Below are positions 1 to 8,620 of a stretch of 57,056 nt of DNA, in pieces. The DNA lies in NCBI GenBank assembly GCA_050012735.1, contig JBEKGP010000001.1, positions 68,055-125,110 of the forward strand, in the 5' to 3' direction. The position numbers and the translations under genes are program-made. The notes beneath the pieces were generated by a model that saw only the letters and a list, made by a program, of their open reading frames with translations, searched no databases and had not been told where the DNA came from. Origin of the DNA: Candidatus Dormibacteria bacterium (lineage in GTDB: Bacteria > Chloroflexota > Dormibacteria > Aeolococcales > Aeolococcaceae). The first letter of the stretch is position 1, and the number at the start of each line of letters is the position of its first letter.

Positions 1-385
1 ACACCGTGGTGTCGCGAGCGCCGCCATCCCGACGAGAGAGAGCGCGGATCCGGGCGAGCAGCTCGGCAAAGGCAAAAGGCTTGGTGAGGTAGTCGTCGGC
101 TCCCGAGTCCAGACCGGAGACGCGATCCGGGACACCGGAGAGCGCGGTCAGCATCATGATCCTGCTGGTGACCCCCAGCTCACGCAGGCGCCGGCACACG
201 GCGAACCCGTCGGGCCCGTCAGGGAGCATCACGTCGAGGAGGACGGCGTCGTAGCCGTTGCCCTGTGCCCGCTCGATCGCGTCGTCCCCGGTGTACACGA
301 CGTCGGCGACGATGCCCGCCTCGGCGAGGCCCCAACGGAGGTTCTCCGCGGCGCCCCTCTCGTCCTCGACCACCAGGACCTTCAC
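1..385 (-). CDS. OmpR/PhoB-family response regulator, receiver domain. The gene continues past the window start, so the C-terminal DNA-binding part is not visible.
   Basis: Absent from the ORF track because it runs off the window. Reverse translation from GTG at 385 gives VKVLVVEDERGAAENLRWGLAEAGIVADVVYTGDDAIERAQGNGYDAVLLDVMLPDGPDGFAVCRRLRELGVTSRIMMLTALSGVPDRVSGLDSGADDYLTKPFAFAELLARIRAL. This is a canonical CheY-like receiver (DD, phospho-Asp in LLDVMLP, T, KPF). Confidence 0.85.
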   Translation of the reverse strand, partial: MKVLVVEDERGAAENLRWGLAEAGIVADVVYTGDDAIERAQGNGYDAVLLDVMLPDGPDGFAVCRRLRELGVTSRIMMLTALSGVPDRVSGLDSGADDYLTKPFAFAELLARIRALSRRDGGARDTTV

Positions 386-722
386 GGTGCGATTATCGAT
401 CGGCCCCTTCCGCTGGGACGGCTTCTCCATCGAGACGTCGCTCCCCGGTGAGCGACCGGCGACATCGGCCGGTGGCCGGGGTGGCGCATCTCGTTCCTGC
501 TCTCCTCCGAACCCTCCCGAACCGCCACCCGGCATCCGGGGGGCCAGACCGTCGGAGCGGCTGGCCCGCGGCGCCGCCCGAACGGAGCCGGACCGGTGGC
601 GTCGAACCGGCCCAGTCGGGCCTCGACGAAACGGCTGATAGGATCATCTCGGTCGGGCGAGTCAAGGCGCGGCGTCCGCGGCGGACTTGCTCGCAAAGCG
701 GAGTCACAGGAGGTGCTGTGCC

Positions 723-1574
723 ATGAGCGAGCGGATCGCCATTCTGGGCACGGGACGGATGGGGTCGGCCATCGCACGGTGCCTCGTCCAATTCGAGCCC
801 ACACTCTGGAATCGGACCCGCTCGCGCGCCGAGCAGGTGGGTGTCGGCCGCGTCGCCGCGAGCCCCGCCGACGCGGCCCGCGCTGCCGACCTCGTCGTCC
901 TTAGCCTGACCGGCGCCGATGCCGTCCGCGCCGCCCTGGGCGGTCCGGACGGCGCGCTGACGGCGGCGCACGGGCAGCTGTTCATCGAAATGAGCACATC
1001 GGGGCCGGCAGTGATCGAGGAGCTCGCGGCGCAGCTCCACGCCTCCGGATCGACCCTCATCGACGCGCCCATCATGGGCGCTCCGACGGTGGTGCTCCGC
1101 GGCGCGGCGGCGATCCTGGCCGGCGGTGCACCCGACGACATCGCGCGGGCACGGCCGGTGCTGGAGCTCCTCGGCGAGGTCCGTCACGTCGGTCCCCTGG
1201 GAAGCGGCGCCCGCCTCAAGCTGGTGGCAAACAGCATGCTCGCCGTGGTCACGTCGGCTGCCGCCGAGCTGCAGGTGGCCGGGGAGGCGGCCGGCCTGGA
1301 CGGTGAAGAGGTCTTCTGGGTGCTCGCCCGTCTCGCACCCGTACTCGAGTCGCGGCGCGCAGGCTACCTGCGGCGCACCGAGCAGCCGACGCTTTTCGCG
1401 CTGCGCGACCTCCTCAAGGACCTCGACCTGGCGCGGGAGCTCTTTGGCCAATCAGGGGCGCAGACCCCCCTCACCGCACGCGCTCGAACCATCGTCGAGG
1501 AGGCGTGTGGCGAAGGCGCCGATCTCGACATCGCAGCCGTGATCAGGCGCTACACGGCCCCGCCGACCCGCTGA
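723..1574 (+). CDS. NAD(P)-dependent beta-hydroxyacid dehydrogenase family oxidoreductase (3-hydroxyisobutyrate / 6-phosphogluconate dehydrogenase-like)
   Basis: ORF 687..1574. Rossmann motif IAILGTGRMGSAIA at the N-terminus and GSGARLKLVANSM later. Start moved to ATG 723 (MSERIAILG). Confidence 0.8.
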   Translation: MSERIAILGTGRMGSAIARCLVQFEPTLWNRTRSRAEQVGVGRVAASPADAARAADLVVLSLTGADAVRAALGGPDGALTAAHGQLFIEMSTSGPAVIEELAAQLHASGSTLIDAPIMGAPTVVLRGAAAILAGGAPDDIARARPVLELLGEVRHVGPLGSGARLKLVANSMLAVVTSAAAELQVAGEAAGLDGEEVFWVLARLAPVLESRRAGYLRRTEQPTLFALRDLLKDLDLARELFGQSGAQTPLTARARTIVEEACGEGADLDIAAVIRRYTAPPTR

Positions 1575-1597
1575 CGAGAGCGGAGGACCGGGGGCCG

Positions 1598-2854
1598 GTG
1601 TACCCTGCGGCGAAGGGCCACCGTTCGCGGCCTGCCAGATCGGAGTGGCCACCCCGTTTGAACTTCCTCCAAGGCCTGCACGGAGCCGTCGCCATCGCCC
1701 TGCTGGGCGGGCTGCTCTTCACCGAGGAGGCGGGGGTCCCACTCCCGTTCGCGCCCGGGGAGCTGACCCTGCTCGCCGCCGGCCTCCTGATCGCGGCCGG
1801 CGGGCTCGACCCCGTGATCTTCGTCCCGGTGGCCCTGGTCGCCTGCGTCGCCGGCTCGCTGGTCGGATACACCTGGGCCCGGGCGGTCGGCGATCGTGGC
1901 CTCCAGGCCCTGGCCCGCCGCATTCACCAGCAGCACGCCCTCAAGCGGGTCTCGGGGAGGGTCAAGTCGGCCGAATGGGGCGGCATCGCGGTGAGCCGGC
2001 TCATCCCCGGGCTCCGCATCTACACCACGCTCGTTGCCGGCGCCCTCAGGGTGCGCCGCCGCACCTTTGTCCTCGGCATGGTTCCGGCAACCGTTGTCTG
2101 GATCGCCGTGTACCTGGCACTCGGCGTGCTGGTGGGGGTCCCCATCGAGCACTTCCTCACCGCTGTCCAGAAGCTGGCGGTCCAGGGCGTCATCCTCGTC
2201 GTCATGGGGGTGGGCTGCTACTTCGTCATCCGGAAGACCCCCGCCTCCTCGGGCGCCGGACTGGTGCGAGTGCCCCGACCGGTGCGCGTCGTGATCGCCG
2301 CCGCCCTCGACATCGGCGTGGTGGCGAGTGTCAGCACCGGCCTGGTCGCACTCGGACGGCTGCTCGGCTTCGGCATCCAGGCCGGATGGGTGGATGCGGT
2401 GGTCGCGCTCCTCGTCGTGGCCGTCTTCTATGTCGTCATCGCCCGCCGGAGTGGCGGCGCCACGGTGGGCGAGGCGCTGCTCCAGACCAGCTACGCGACC
2501 GGCCAGCGGCTGGCGCTCCGGCCGCGCGCAGCGCTGAGGACCGCCCGATCCCTCCTCTCCTGGACGCGCGAGGACCTCACCCCGACGACCGAGCTGATGC
2601 GCTCGCTGAGCGACCCCGAGCGGTTGCGCATCGTGAGCCTGCTGCTCGGTGAGCCGCGCACCGTTCCCGAGCTGGCGACGCTCACGCGACAGCCGCCCTT
2701 CGAGATCCGCCACCAGCTGGAGCGCCTCTCCTCCACCGGAGCGCTGGCCGTCACCGGAGACGAACCGGGCACCGCCTACAGCGTCCGGCCCGACCTCAGC
2801 CGCGCCCTGGCGGACCTGCTCGCGGTCATGCCGCCGCCCGGGGTGACGGCATGA
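1598..2854 (+). CDS. Multi-pass membrane fusion protein: DedA/SNARE-associated domain + RDD-like membrane domain + C-terminal ArsR/SmtB-type HTH
   Basis: ORF 1505..2854. DedA-like FTEEAGVPLPFAPGELTLLAAG...VSRLIPGLRIYTTLVAGA. RDD-like RVVIAAALDIGVV...IARRSGGATVGEALL. ArsR-like LSDPERLRIVSLLLGEPRTVPELATLTRQPPFEIRHQLERLSSTGAL. Start set at GTG 1598 (GGAGGA 10 nt upstream); TTG 1658 is an alternative. Confidence 0.7.
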   Translation: MYPAAKGHRSRPARSEWPPRLNFLQGLHGAVAIALLGGLLFTEEAGVPLPFAPGELTLLAAGLLIAAGGLDPVIFVPVALVACVAGSLVGYTWARAVGDRGLQALARRIHQQHALKRVSGRVKSAEWGGIAVSRLIPGLRIYTTLVAGALRVRRRTFVLGMVPATVVWIAVYLALGVLVGVPIEHFLTAVQKLAVQGVILVVMGVGCYFVIRKTPASSGAGLVRVPRPVRVVIAAALDIGVVASVSTGLVALGRLLGFGIQAGWVDAVVALLVVAVFYVVIARRSGGATVGEALLQTSYATGQRLALRPRAALRTARSLLSWTREDLTPTTELMRSLSDPERLRIVSLLLGEPRTVPELATLTRQPPFEIRHQLERLSSTGALAVTGDEPGTAYSVRPDLSRALADLLAVMPPPGVTA

Positions 2855-4536
2855 GACGGGTGGCACATCGTGGCTGGGGGCTCTTGCCGACGGTCCGCGG
2901 CTACCGCCCGTCGTGGCTGGCGGCCGACGCGCTCGCCGGCCTGACCCTTGTCGCTGTGGTCGTGCCGTCACAGATGGCCACGGCGCGCCTCGCCGGGCTC
3001 TCGGTGGTCGCGGGCCTCTACGCCTTCGCGGCCGGCGCGCTCCTCTACGCCCTGCTCGGCACCGACCCCCACCTCTCGGTGGGCGCGGATTCGACGATCG
3101 CGCCGGTGCTCGCCGTCGGGGTGGCGTCAGTCGCCGCGGTCGGGTCCACCGGCTACGACTCCACGATGGCCTTCACCGCGATCGCGGTCGGCGTCATCCT
3201 GCTCGCCATCGGTCTCGTCCGCCTGGGGTGGATCTCGGAGCTGCTTTCGACACCCGTCATCACCGGCGTCCTCGCCGGGATCGCCATCGGCATCATCGCC
3301 CGGCAGCTCCCCATCGTCTTCGGAGTGGCCGGTGGCGGGACCACCACCATCGACCAGATCGGCGATCTCCTCCGCCAGCTGGGTCACATCAACTTCTGGT
3401 CCCTCGGGATCGCGCTCGGCGTGCTCGCCATCATCATCGCCGGGCAACGTGTGAGCCACCGGCTGCCCGGCGCGCTCCTCGGCCTGGTGCTCTCCATCGT
3501 CGCCGTGGATGCTTTCGCCCTCAAGGCACAGCATGGCGTGGCGGTCATCGGCTCCATCCACGGCGGTCTCCCGAGCCTGGCCCTGCCGACCGTCGCGTGG
3601 TCACAGCTCCAGTCGCTCATCCCCACGGTGCTGACGGTCGCCTTCCTCTGCATCGCACAGACCGCGGCCACGGTGCGCAGATCGGGGGCCGCCTCCGAGC
3701 CGACCGCGGGGGACTTCAACAGGGATCTGATCGCGGTCGGTGCCGGCAGCGTCGCGGCCGGGCTGATCGGGACGCTCCCTGTCGATGCGAGCCCGCCCAA
3801 CACGGCGATCGCGACCGCATCAGGGACGCGCTCGCAGCTCGCCAACGTCATGGCCGCGCTCGTCGTCGTGGTGGCGGCGGTCGGGTTGACCGGCCCGCTC
3901 GCCGACCTCCCCCAGGCGACCCTCGCCGCCACCCTGGTGTTCGTCGCGAGCAAGCTCTTCCGCGTCGACGAGCTGCACACCATCCTCCGCTTCGATCGGC
4001 TCGAGTTTGCCCTGGCCGCGGTCACGATCCTGGTGGTGGCGCTGGTGGGCATCGAGCAGGGGGTGCTCCTGGCCATGATCCTCTCCCTCGCCGACCGCAC
4101 CCGTCGCACGCTCCGCCCTCGGGACACCCTCCTCGGGCGCGACCCGGGGACCGACCACTGGATACCCCGGGACATCGGCAGACCCACCGAGGAGGTTCCC
4201 GGGGTGCTCGTCTACCTGGTCTACGCGCCCCTCTGGTACGGCAACGCCGACTACTTCCGCGCGCGGATCCGCCAGCTCCTGCGCGCCCAGTCGGGGCGGG
4301 TCCGCACCGTGATCATCGACGCGGACGCGATGTCCGACATCGACTACACCGGGCTGCAGGCGCTGCGGGGCCTGGCCACCGAGTTGGGCCGGAGCGGAGT
4401 GGCGCTGGGGATCGCCCGCGCCTCCCACATCGTGCATCACGATCTCAAGCACGGCTCCCTCATCGAGCAGCTCGGCGCCGACCACCTCTTCGCCTCCGTC
4501 GACGACGCCGTGGCCGGGCTCAGACGGCGGGCCTGA
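2851..4536 (+). CDS. SulP-family anion (sulfate/bicarbonate-type) transporter with C-terminal STAS domain
   Basis: 561-aa ORF. SulP N-terminus DALAGLTLVAVVVPSQMATARLAGLSVVAGLYAFAAGALLYALLGT, about 10-12 hydrophobic segments, STAS-like tail VIIDADAMSDIDYTGLQALRGLATEL. The ATG overlaps the stop of the upstream gene (ATGA at 2851-2854). Confidence 0.9.
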   Translation: MRRVAHRGWGLLPTVRGYRPSWLAADALAGLTLVAVVVPSQMATARLAGLSVVAGLYAFAAGALLYALLGTDPHLSVGADSTIAPVLAVGVASVAAVGSTGYDSTMAFTAIAVGVILLAIGLVRLGWISELLSTPVITGVLAGIAIGIIARQLPIVFGVAGGGTTTIDQIGDLLRQLGHINFWSLGIALGVLAIIIAGQRVSHRLPGALLGLVLSIVAVDAFALKAQHGVAVIGSIHGGLPSLALPTVAWSQLQSLIPTVLTVAFLCIAQTAATVRRSGAASEPTAGDFNRDLIAVGAGSVAAGLIGTLPVDASPPNTAIATASGTRSQLANVMAALVVVVAAVGLTGPLADLPQATLAATLVFVASKLFRVDELHTILRFDRLEFALAAVTILVVALVGIEQGVLLAMILSLADRTRRTLRPRDTLLGRDPGTDHWIPRDIGRPTEEVPGVLVYLVYAPLWYGNADYFRARIRQLLRAQSGRVRTVIIDADAMSDIDYTGLQALRGLATELGRSGVALGIARASHIVHHDLKHGSLIEQLGADHLFASVDDAVAGLRRRA

Positions 4537-5656
4537 CCGGAGCGAGGTCCGGACCCGCGTCCGGCGGGCGCACCTCGGGCAACCGCTCCGGCACGTCGAG
4601 GCGCGCCACCCCGATCCGGTTGTCGGCCATCCCGTAGTAGACGTCGAAGCGGTCGGGTGAGCCGAGATCGTCGCGGCGGTCGATGCCGGTGGGGAACACC
4701 ACATTGGCGACCGTCCCTAGTCGCTCCTCGGGCAGCTCCGGGGTCAGCAGCGGGTCCGGTGATCGGTAGAGGATCACGCGGGGGTGGGCGCTGGACAGCA
4801 CCATCACGCCGGCCGAGTAGCAGCGCGATCTTCCGTCCTGGGCCGGTGCCTCCGCCTCGCTCACCCCGTGGTAGATCACCATCCAGCCGTGACGGGTGAG
4901 GACGGGCGGAGTCCCGACGCCGATCTTGAGCCGCTCCCAGGACCTGAGTGGAGCGGCCAACCGGTGATGGGAGGTGAACCGCCCGAGACGGTGGGACCCA
5001 TCGCCCTCCTGGAGCAGCCGGCTGTACGAGATCCAGATGCTCTCGCGATCGCGATCGCGATCCGCTCCGCCCGGCGGCGGCGGCGGAGCGACGCTCTCAG
5101 TCGAGCGGGCGCTGGCAAACAGCGGCCGGTGGAGCATGGCCAGGTGTGGGTGGCCGGAGGGGTTGGGGATGAAGACGGGGAAGAGGGTGGCGTCCTTGTC
5201 GTCGACGCCGTCCAGCTCGACGCCCTGATAGGGCCCGAAGTGGGCGAGTCCCAGCCGCTCCCACCGGTGCAGGTCGTCCGACACCGCCAGGGCGATGCGC
5301 GGGCCGACGGGCGAGAAGGCCGTGTAGGTCATCACATACTTCCCCAGCGGCTCGACGAATGTGACCCGGGGGTCTTCGCAGCCGCCCCCGCCGTCGGGAC
5401 GCTTCTCGAACGTGGTCTCGGGTTCGAGGGCCACACCGAGCCGCTCCACCCCGAAGGGATCGCCGTCGCCATTGAAGAGGACGCGTGCCACGCCGATGCG
5501 CGAGTAGTTGCCCCGGGCCACGAGTCGCGGGAAGAGGTACAGCTCTCCGTCCGGCCCGCGGACGGCGGCCGGGTTGAGGACGCCCTCGGCCTCATGGGGA
5601 TTCGCCGGCTCGGGACTCATGATCGGCCACAGCCGGCGCATCTGAAAAGCGCTCAT
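4520..5656 (-). CDS. Glycoside hydrolase family 130 protein (beta-mannoside phosphorylase/glycosidase family)
   Basis: ORF 4520..5704, start moved to ATG 5656 (MSAFQM), which overlaps the upstream stop (ATGA). GH130-like blocks GVLNPAAV, LFPRLV, EDPRVTF, YTAF, DKDATLFP, YYGMADNRIGVARL. Confidence 0.75.
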   Translation of the reverse strand: MSAFQMRRLWPIMSPEPANPHEAEGVLNPAAVRGPDGELYLFPRLVARGNYSRIGVARVLFNGDGDPFGVERLGVALEPETTFEKRPDGGGGCEDPRVTFVEPLGKYVMTYTAFSPVGPRIALAVSDDLHRWERLGLAHFGPYQGVELDGVDDKDATLFPVFIPNPSGHPHLAMLHRPLFASARSTESVAPPPPPGGADRDRDRESIWISYSRLLQEGDGSHRLGRFTSHHRLAAPLRSWERLKIGVGTPPVLTRHGWMVIYHGVSEAEAPAQDGRSRCYSAGVMVLSSAHPRVILYRSPDPLLTPELPEERLGTVANVVFPTGIDRRDDLGSPDRFDVYYGMADNRIGVARLDVPERLPEVRPPDAGPDLAPVRPAV

Positions 5657-6435
5657 GACCCCTCTGGCGGTGCAGCCTCCCTCTCGCCCGTCCCGCCCAG
5701 GCACGCAATGATCGTCTCGATCACCAGCCTGGTCTCGTCCGGGCCACGGACCGGGATGCAGTCCACCCCCGCCTGCTCAGCCGGGTAGTCGTTACCTCCC
5801 TCGAAGATCGCGTCTCCGATGAAGAGCATCTCGCCGAGCTGGATGCCCAGGATGTCGCGGAGCTTCCGGATCCCGTAGGCCTTGTCGATCCCCGGCTTGG
5901 TGACGTCGATCGAGGTGGCGCCACCCATGCGGACGGAGAACTCCGGTATCAGCGTGTCGAGGACCGCGGTGATCTCCTTCCTCTTGGAGAAGTCCGGATC
6001 CCATCTCTCCTTCTCCTCCAGGGGAGCAGCCTGGCCCAGAGCCGATAGCGTGATCTGGCTGCCGCGGTCCTCGATGATCTCGCCCCACACTTTCTTGGGC
6101 GTCAGGCCGGTGAGGTCGAGGGCTCTCTGACTCGAGCTCACGATCTTGCGCCGCTCCTCGGCGCTGAGCTCTTCCGAGTAGACCCTCACCCACTCCCCAT
6201 CGTGCCGGTAGAACTGCGTTCCGCAGGTGGGAAGGAGGTACAGGTTGGCCAGGCTCTGGCCGCCCGGAAGCTTGGCGAGCAGCTGTTTCTCGAATTGGGG
6301 CCAGCTGCCCCCGGAGATGACGGCGACCTTGACGATCCCGAGCAGGTTGTGCAGGAGCGCGGCGATGACGTCGTCGGGAGGGGACTTGCTCGGGGCCAGC
6401 GTGCCGTCGAGATCAAAGACGATCAGGCGCTTCAT
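5653..6435 (-). CDS. HAD-IIB hydrolase of the eukaryotic-type phosphomannomutase (PMM) family
   Basis: ORF 5653..6714 trimmed to ATG 6435 (MKRLIVFDLDGTL). It aligns by eye along its whole length with the PMM pattern: FDLDGTL, ISGGSWPQFEKQL, RGSQITLS, GGATSIDVTKPGIDKAYGI, FIGDAIFEGGNDYP, VRGPDETR. Confidence 0.75.
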   Translation of the reverse strand: MKRLIVFDLDGTLAPSKSPPDDVIAALLHNLLGIVKVAVISGGSWPQFEKQLLAKLPGGQSLANLYLLPTCGTQFYRHDGEWVRVYSEELSAEERRKIVSSSQRALDLTGLTPKKVWGEIIEDRGSQITLSALGQAAPLEEKERWDPDFSKRKEITAVLDTLIPEFSVRMGGATSIDVTKPGIDKAYGIRKLRDILGIQLGEMLFIGDAIFEGGNDYPAEQAGVDCIPVRGPDETRLVIETIIACLGGTGEREAAPPEGS

Positions 6436-6442
6436 CTCCCCC

Positions 6443-7498
6443 TCATGCCTCCGGGGCCGCGCCTCCGAGGCGCACTGCAGAGCACGGCGGACCATCCACC
6501 ACGGAAATGGTGGGAGCGTCGGGGAGTGCGACCTCCACCACGCTGAGGAGCCCGCGCGGGCGGACCGTGCATTCACCGACCATAGCGGGCAGAAGCATGA
6601 CGTCCCCGAACTCGATCGGGTGAGACGCGCCGCCGTGCAGGACATCGCCGGAGCCCGCGATGCAGACGAGGACCCGCGGAAGATCCGCGGCGCCCACGGT
6701 GAAGGGCAGCTCACCCTCGATGCGCCAGAGGCGAAACTGCCGGCAGTCGAAGAGCCGCTCGCGCCGCACGCGTGCGCCCGCCTCCAGCACCGGCAGCACG
6801 GGTCTCAGCACACCCTGGGCGAGGTCGATGCAGTCGAGGGCCTCATCGACCTGCAGGGCCCGCTGCAGTCCGGTCGCGGGGTCGACACGATCCCAGTCGT
6901 GGAGGCGGAAGGTGACGTCGCTATTCTCCTGGACCTCCAGGACCACGAGATCGCCACCGAGGGAATGCACGGTCCCGGCGGGGAGGAAGAGCGCATCGCC
7001 CGGCTTGGGGGTGAAGCCCACCAGCTGTCCGGCGATCGCCCCCGTGGCCAGGGCGCTGCGCAGGTTGCCCGCGGTGGTGCCCGGTCGAAGGCCGGCGTAG
7101 ATGCGACTCTCGGGCCCCGATTCCAGCACCACCCATGCCTCGGTCTTTCCGGTTTCGCCCGCCGGCAGGTGGTCCGTCTGCTCATCGGAGGGATGCACCT
7201 GCACGGAGAGCAGCTCGTGGGCGTCGAGCAGCTTGAGGAGCACGGGGAAGCGGCGGAACCGTCCGGCCAGTTCCCCGAGCATCTGCTCGGGATACTCCTC
7301 CAGCAAGGCGCCCAGGGACTGCCCGGCGAGGGGTCCCGCAACGACGCGGCTCTGATGGTCAGGCCGGTCGCTGAGCAGCCACGCCTCGCCGATGGGGCCG
7401 TCGACGCCCGGAGGAGCGCTGAGCAGCTCCGCCAGCTGCCGGCCGCCCCAGAGGCGGTACTGAAGGATCGGCGCGAACAGAAGTGGATACAGGGGCAC
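6443..7498 (-). CDS. manA: Class I mannose-6-phosphate isomerase
   Basis: ORF 6443..7909. Homology starts at VPLYPLLFAPILQYRLWGG. Metal/active-site blocks SVQVHPSD, GKTEAWVV, PAGTVHSLG, LEVQENSDVTFRLHDWDR. Start placed at GTG 7498 (GTG 7570 is an alternative). The longer ORF overlaps the upstream gene in another frame. Confidence 0.8.
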   Translation of the reverse strand: MPLYPLLFAPILQYRLWGGRQLAELLSAPPGVDGPIGEAWLLSDRPDHQSRVVAGPLAGQSLGALLEEYPEQMLGELAGRFRRFPVLLKLLDAHELLSVQVHPSDEQTDHLPAGETGKTEAWVVLESGPESRIYAGLRPGTTAGNLRSALATGAIAGQLVGFTPKPGDALFLPAGTVHSLGGDLVVLEVQENSDVTFRLHDWDRVDPATGLQRALQVDEALDCIDLAQGVLRPVLPVLEAGARVRRERLFDCRQFRLWRIEGELPFTVGAADLPRVLVCIAGSGDVLHGGASHPIEFGDVMLLPAMVGECTVRPRGLLSVVEVALPDAPTISVVDGPPCSAVRLGGAAPEA

Positions 7499-7578
7499 GC
7501 CCCCCGCCGGGTCGGTCGCGGCTTCGACGGGCGATCCACCCGCGGCCTTCCGCGCTTCGCGAGGCGTCACCGCGGCGC

Positions 7579-7968
7579 TCAGCGTGACGGGGCTCCTGGG
7601 TTGTGAGCTCCCATCACCTCTGCGTGCGCCGGCACGCCCTCGGGCAGAGTCGCACCCGCCTGCGGCTTCGCCTGCCCGCGCAGCTCGTCCAGCTCTGCCG
7701 AGTTGGTCATCTGGTGCCGGCGGCGGCCGCGCCAGATCACTCCGACCAGGCTCGTCAGGGCGACGGTCAGGACGACCGTCGCCAGTAGGACCGCGATCAG
7801 GGGAACGCTCCCGTGCCACACCAGGTAGTTCAGCCGGACTCCATGGGAGTTCTGGATGACGCCCACCACGATCGCCGCCGCCACCACCAGGGCAAGGACC
7901 AGGGTCCACGAGAGACCTGTCCCCCGGAACTGGCGCCGCGGCGCGACTTCAGCCGGTCCCTTTTGCAT
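7579..7968 (-). CDS. LapA-domain (DUF1049-like) small membrane protein
   Basis: ORF 7579..8070 trimmed to ATG 7968 (MQKGPAEV). Two TM helices flank NSHGVRLNYLVWHGSVPL, followed by a basic RGRRRH stretch, as in lipopolysaccharide-assembly-protein-A-domain proteins. Confidence 0.55.
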   Translation of the reverse strand: MQKGPAEVAPRRQFRGTGLSWTLVLALVVAAAIVVGVIQNSHGVRLNYLVWHGSVPLIAVLLATVVLTVALTSLVGVIWRGRRRHQMTNSAELDELRGQAKPQAGATLPEGVPAHAEVMGAHNPGAPSR

Positions 7969-8121
7969 GACACACCTCCTGGCCCTCTTTTCCCGTGACT
8001 GACCAGAGCTTTCCTGATTGTGGGACGGAGGGTCGCATCCCAGTGCGCGAGATCTCGGCCCCTCAGTCACGCCGGGACCTCGCGCGGTCCCGGGACGTGA
8101 CCTTCTTGGGGGGGGCTGGGA

Positions 8122-8562
8122 CTAGGCCGTCATCCTGGCGCGCTCGTCGGTGCTCATCGAGATCACCTTGAGGACGATGGCCGCAGCGATCGCGTACACA
8201 ACGAAGGCAAGGATGTCCGCCCAGACGATGAGCGTCCCTGGAGCGGTCAGGGTGGTCCGGAAAATGCCCGCGAAGGGCGCGGCGAGCGCCCCGCCGATGC
8301 CGAAGATGAAGGCTCCGAAGCCCACGTTGGCAGCTCCGGCAGCATGGAAGATGAAGTCGAAGGCGAGGAAGAGGAAGACGATGCCGGCGGCCAGCGCCAC
8401 GATGCGGCTGGCCAGGGGTCGCCCCGACCACGACAGCGTCGAGCTCCGACGCACCGCAGCCCCGGTGACCGGGTCGGACGTGGTCTGCGTCGTACTCGTC
8501 ACGCCGCTGTAGGTCGGACCGTCGCTGGTCACGACCCGGTCCTGCACGTGCGTATCAACCAC
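8122..8562 (-). CDS. Uncharacterised multi-pass membrane protein, paralog A of 9837..10271
   Basis: ORF 8122..8655 trimmed to GTG 8562, which sits 5 nt after AAAGGAGG. Clear paralogy to 9837..10271 (VQDRV, WSGR, FLxLDFxFHAxGxxNxGF, PFxGIxxTT, VWADxLA, YAxAAxIV). Confidence 0.6.
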   Translation of the reverse strand: MVDTHVQDRVVTSDGPTYSGVTSTTQTTSDPVTGAAVRRSSTLSWSGRPLASRIVALAAGIVFLFLAFDFIFHAAGAANVGFGAFIFGIGGALAAPFAGIFRTTLTAPGTLIVWADILAFVVYAIAAAIVLKVISMSTDERARMTA

Positions 8563-8620
8563 CTGGGCCTCCTTTGGGGTTGCTCCCCCCGAAGCCGCTC
8601 GATCAGGGCTCCGTCTGATG

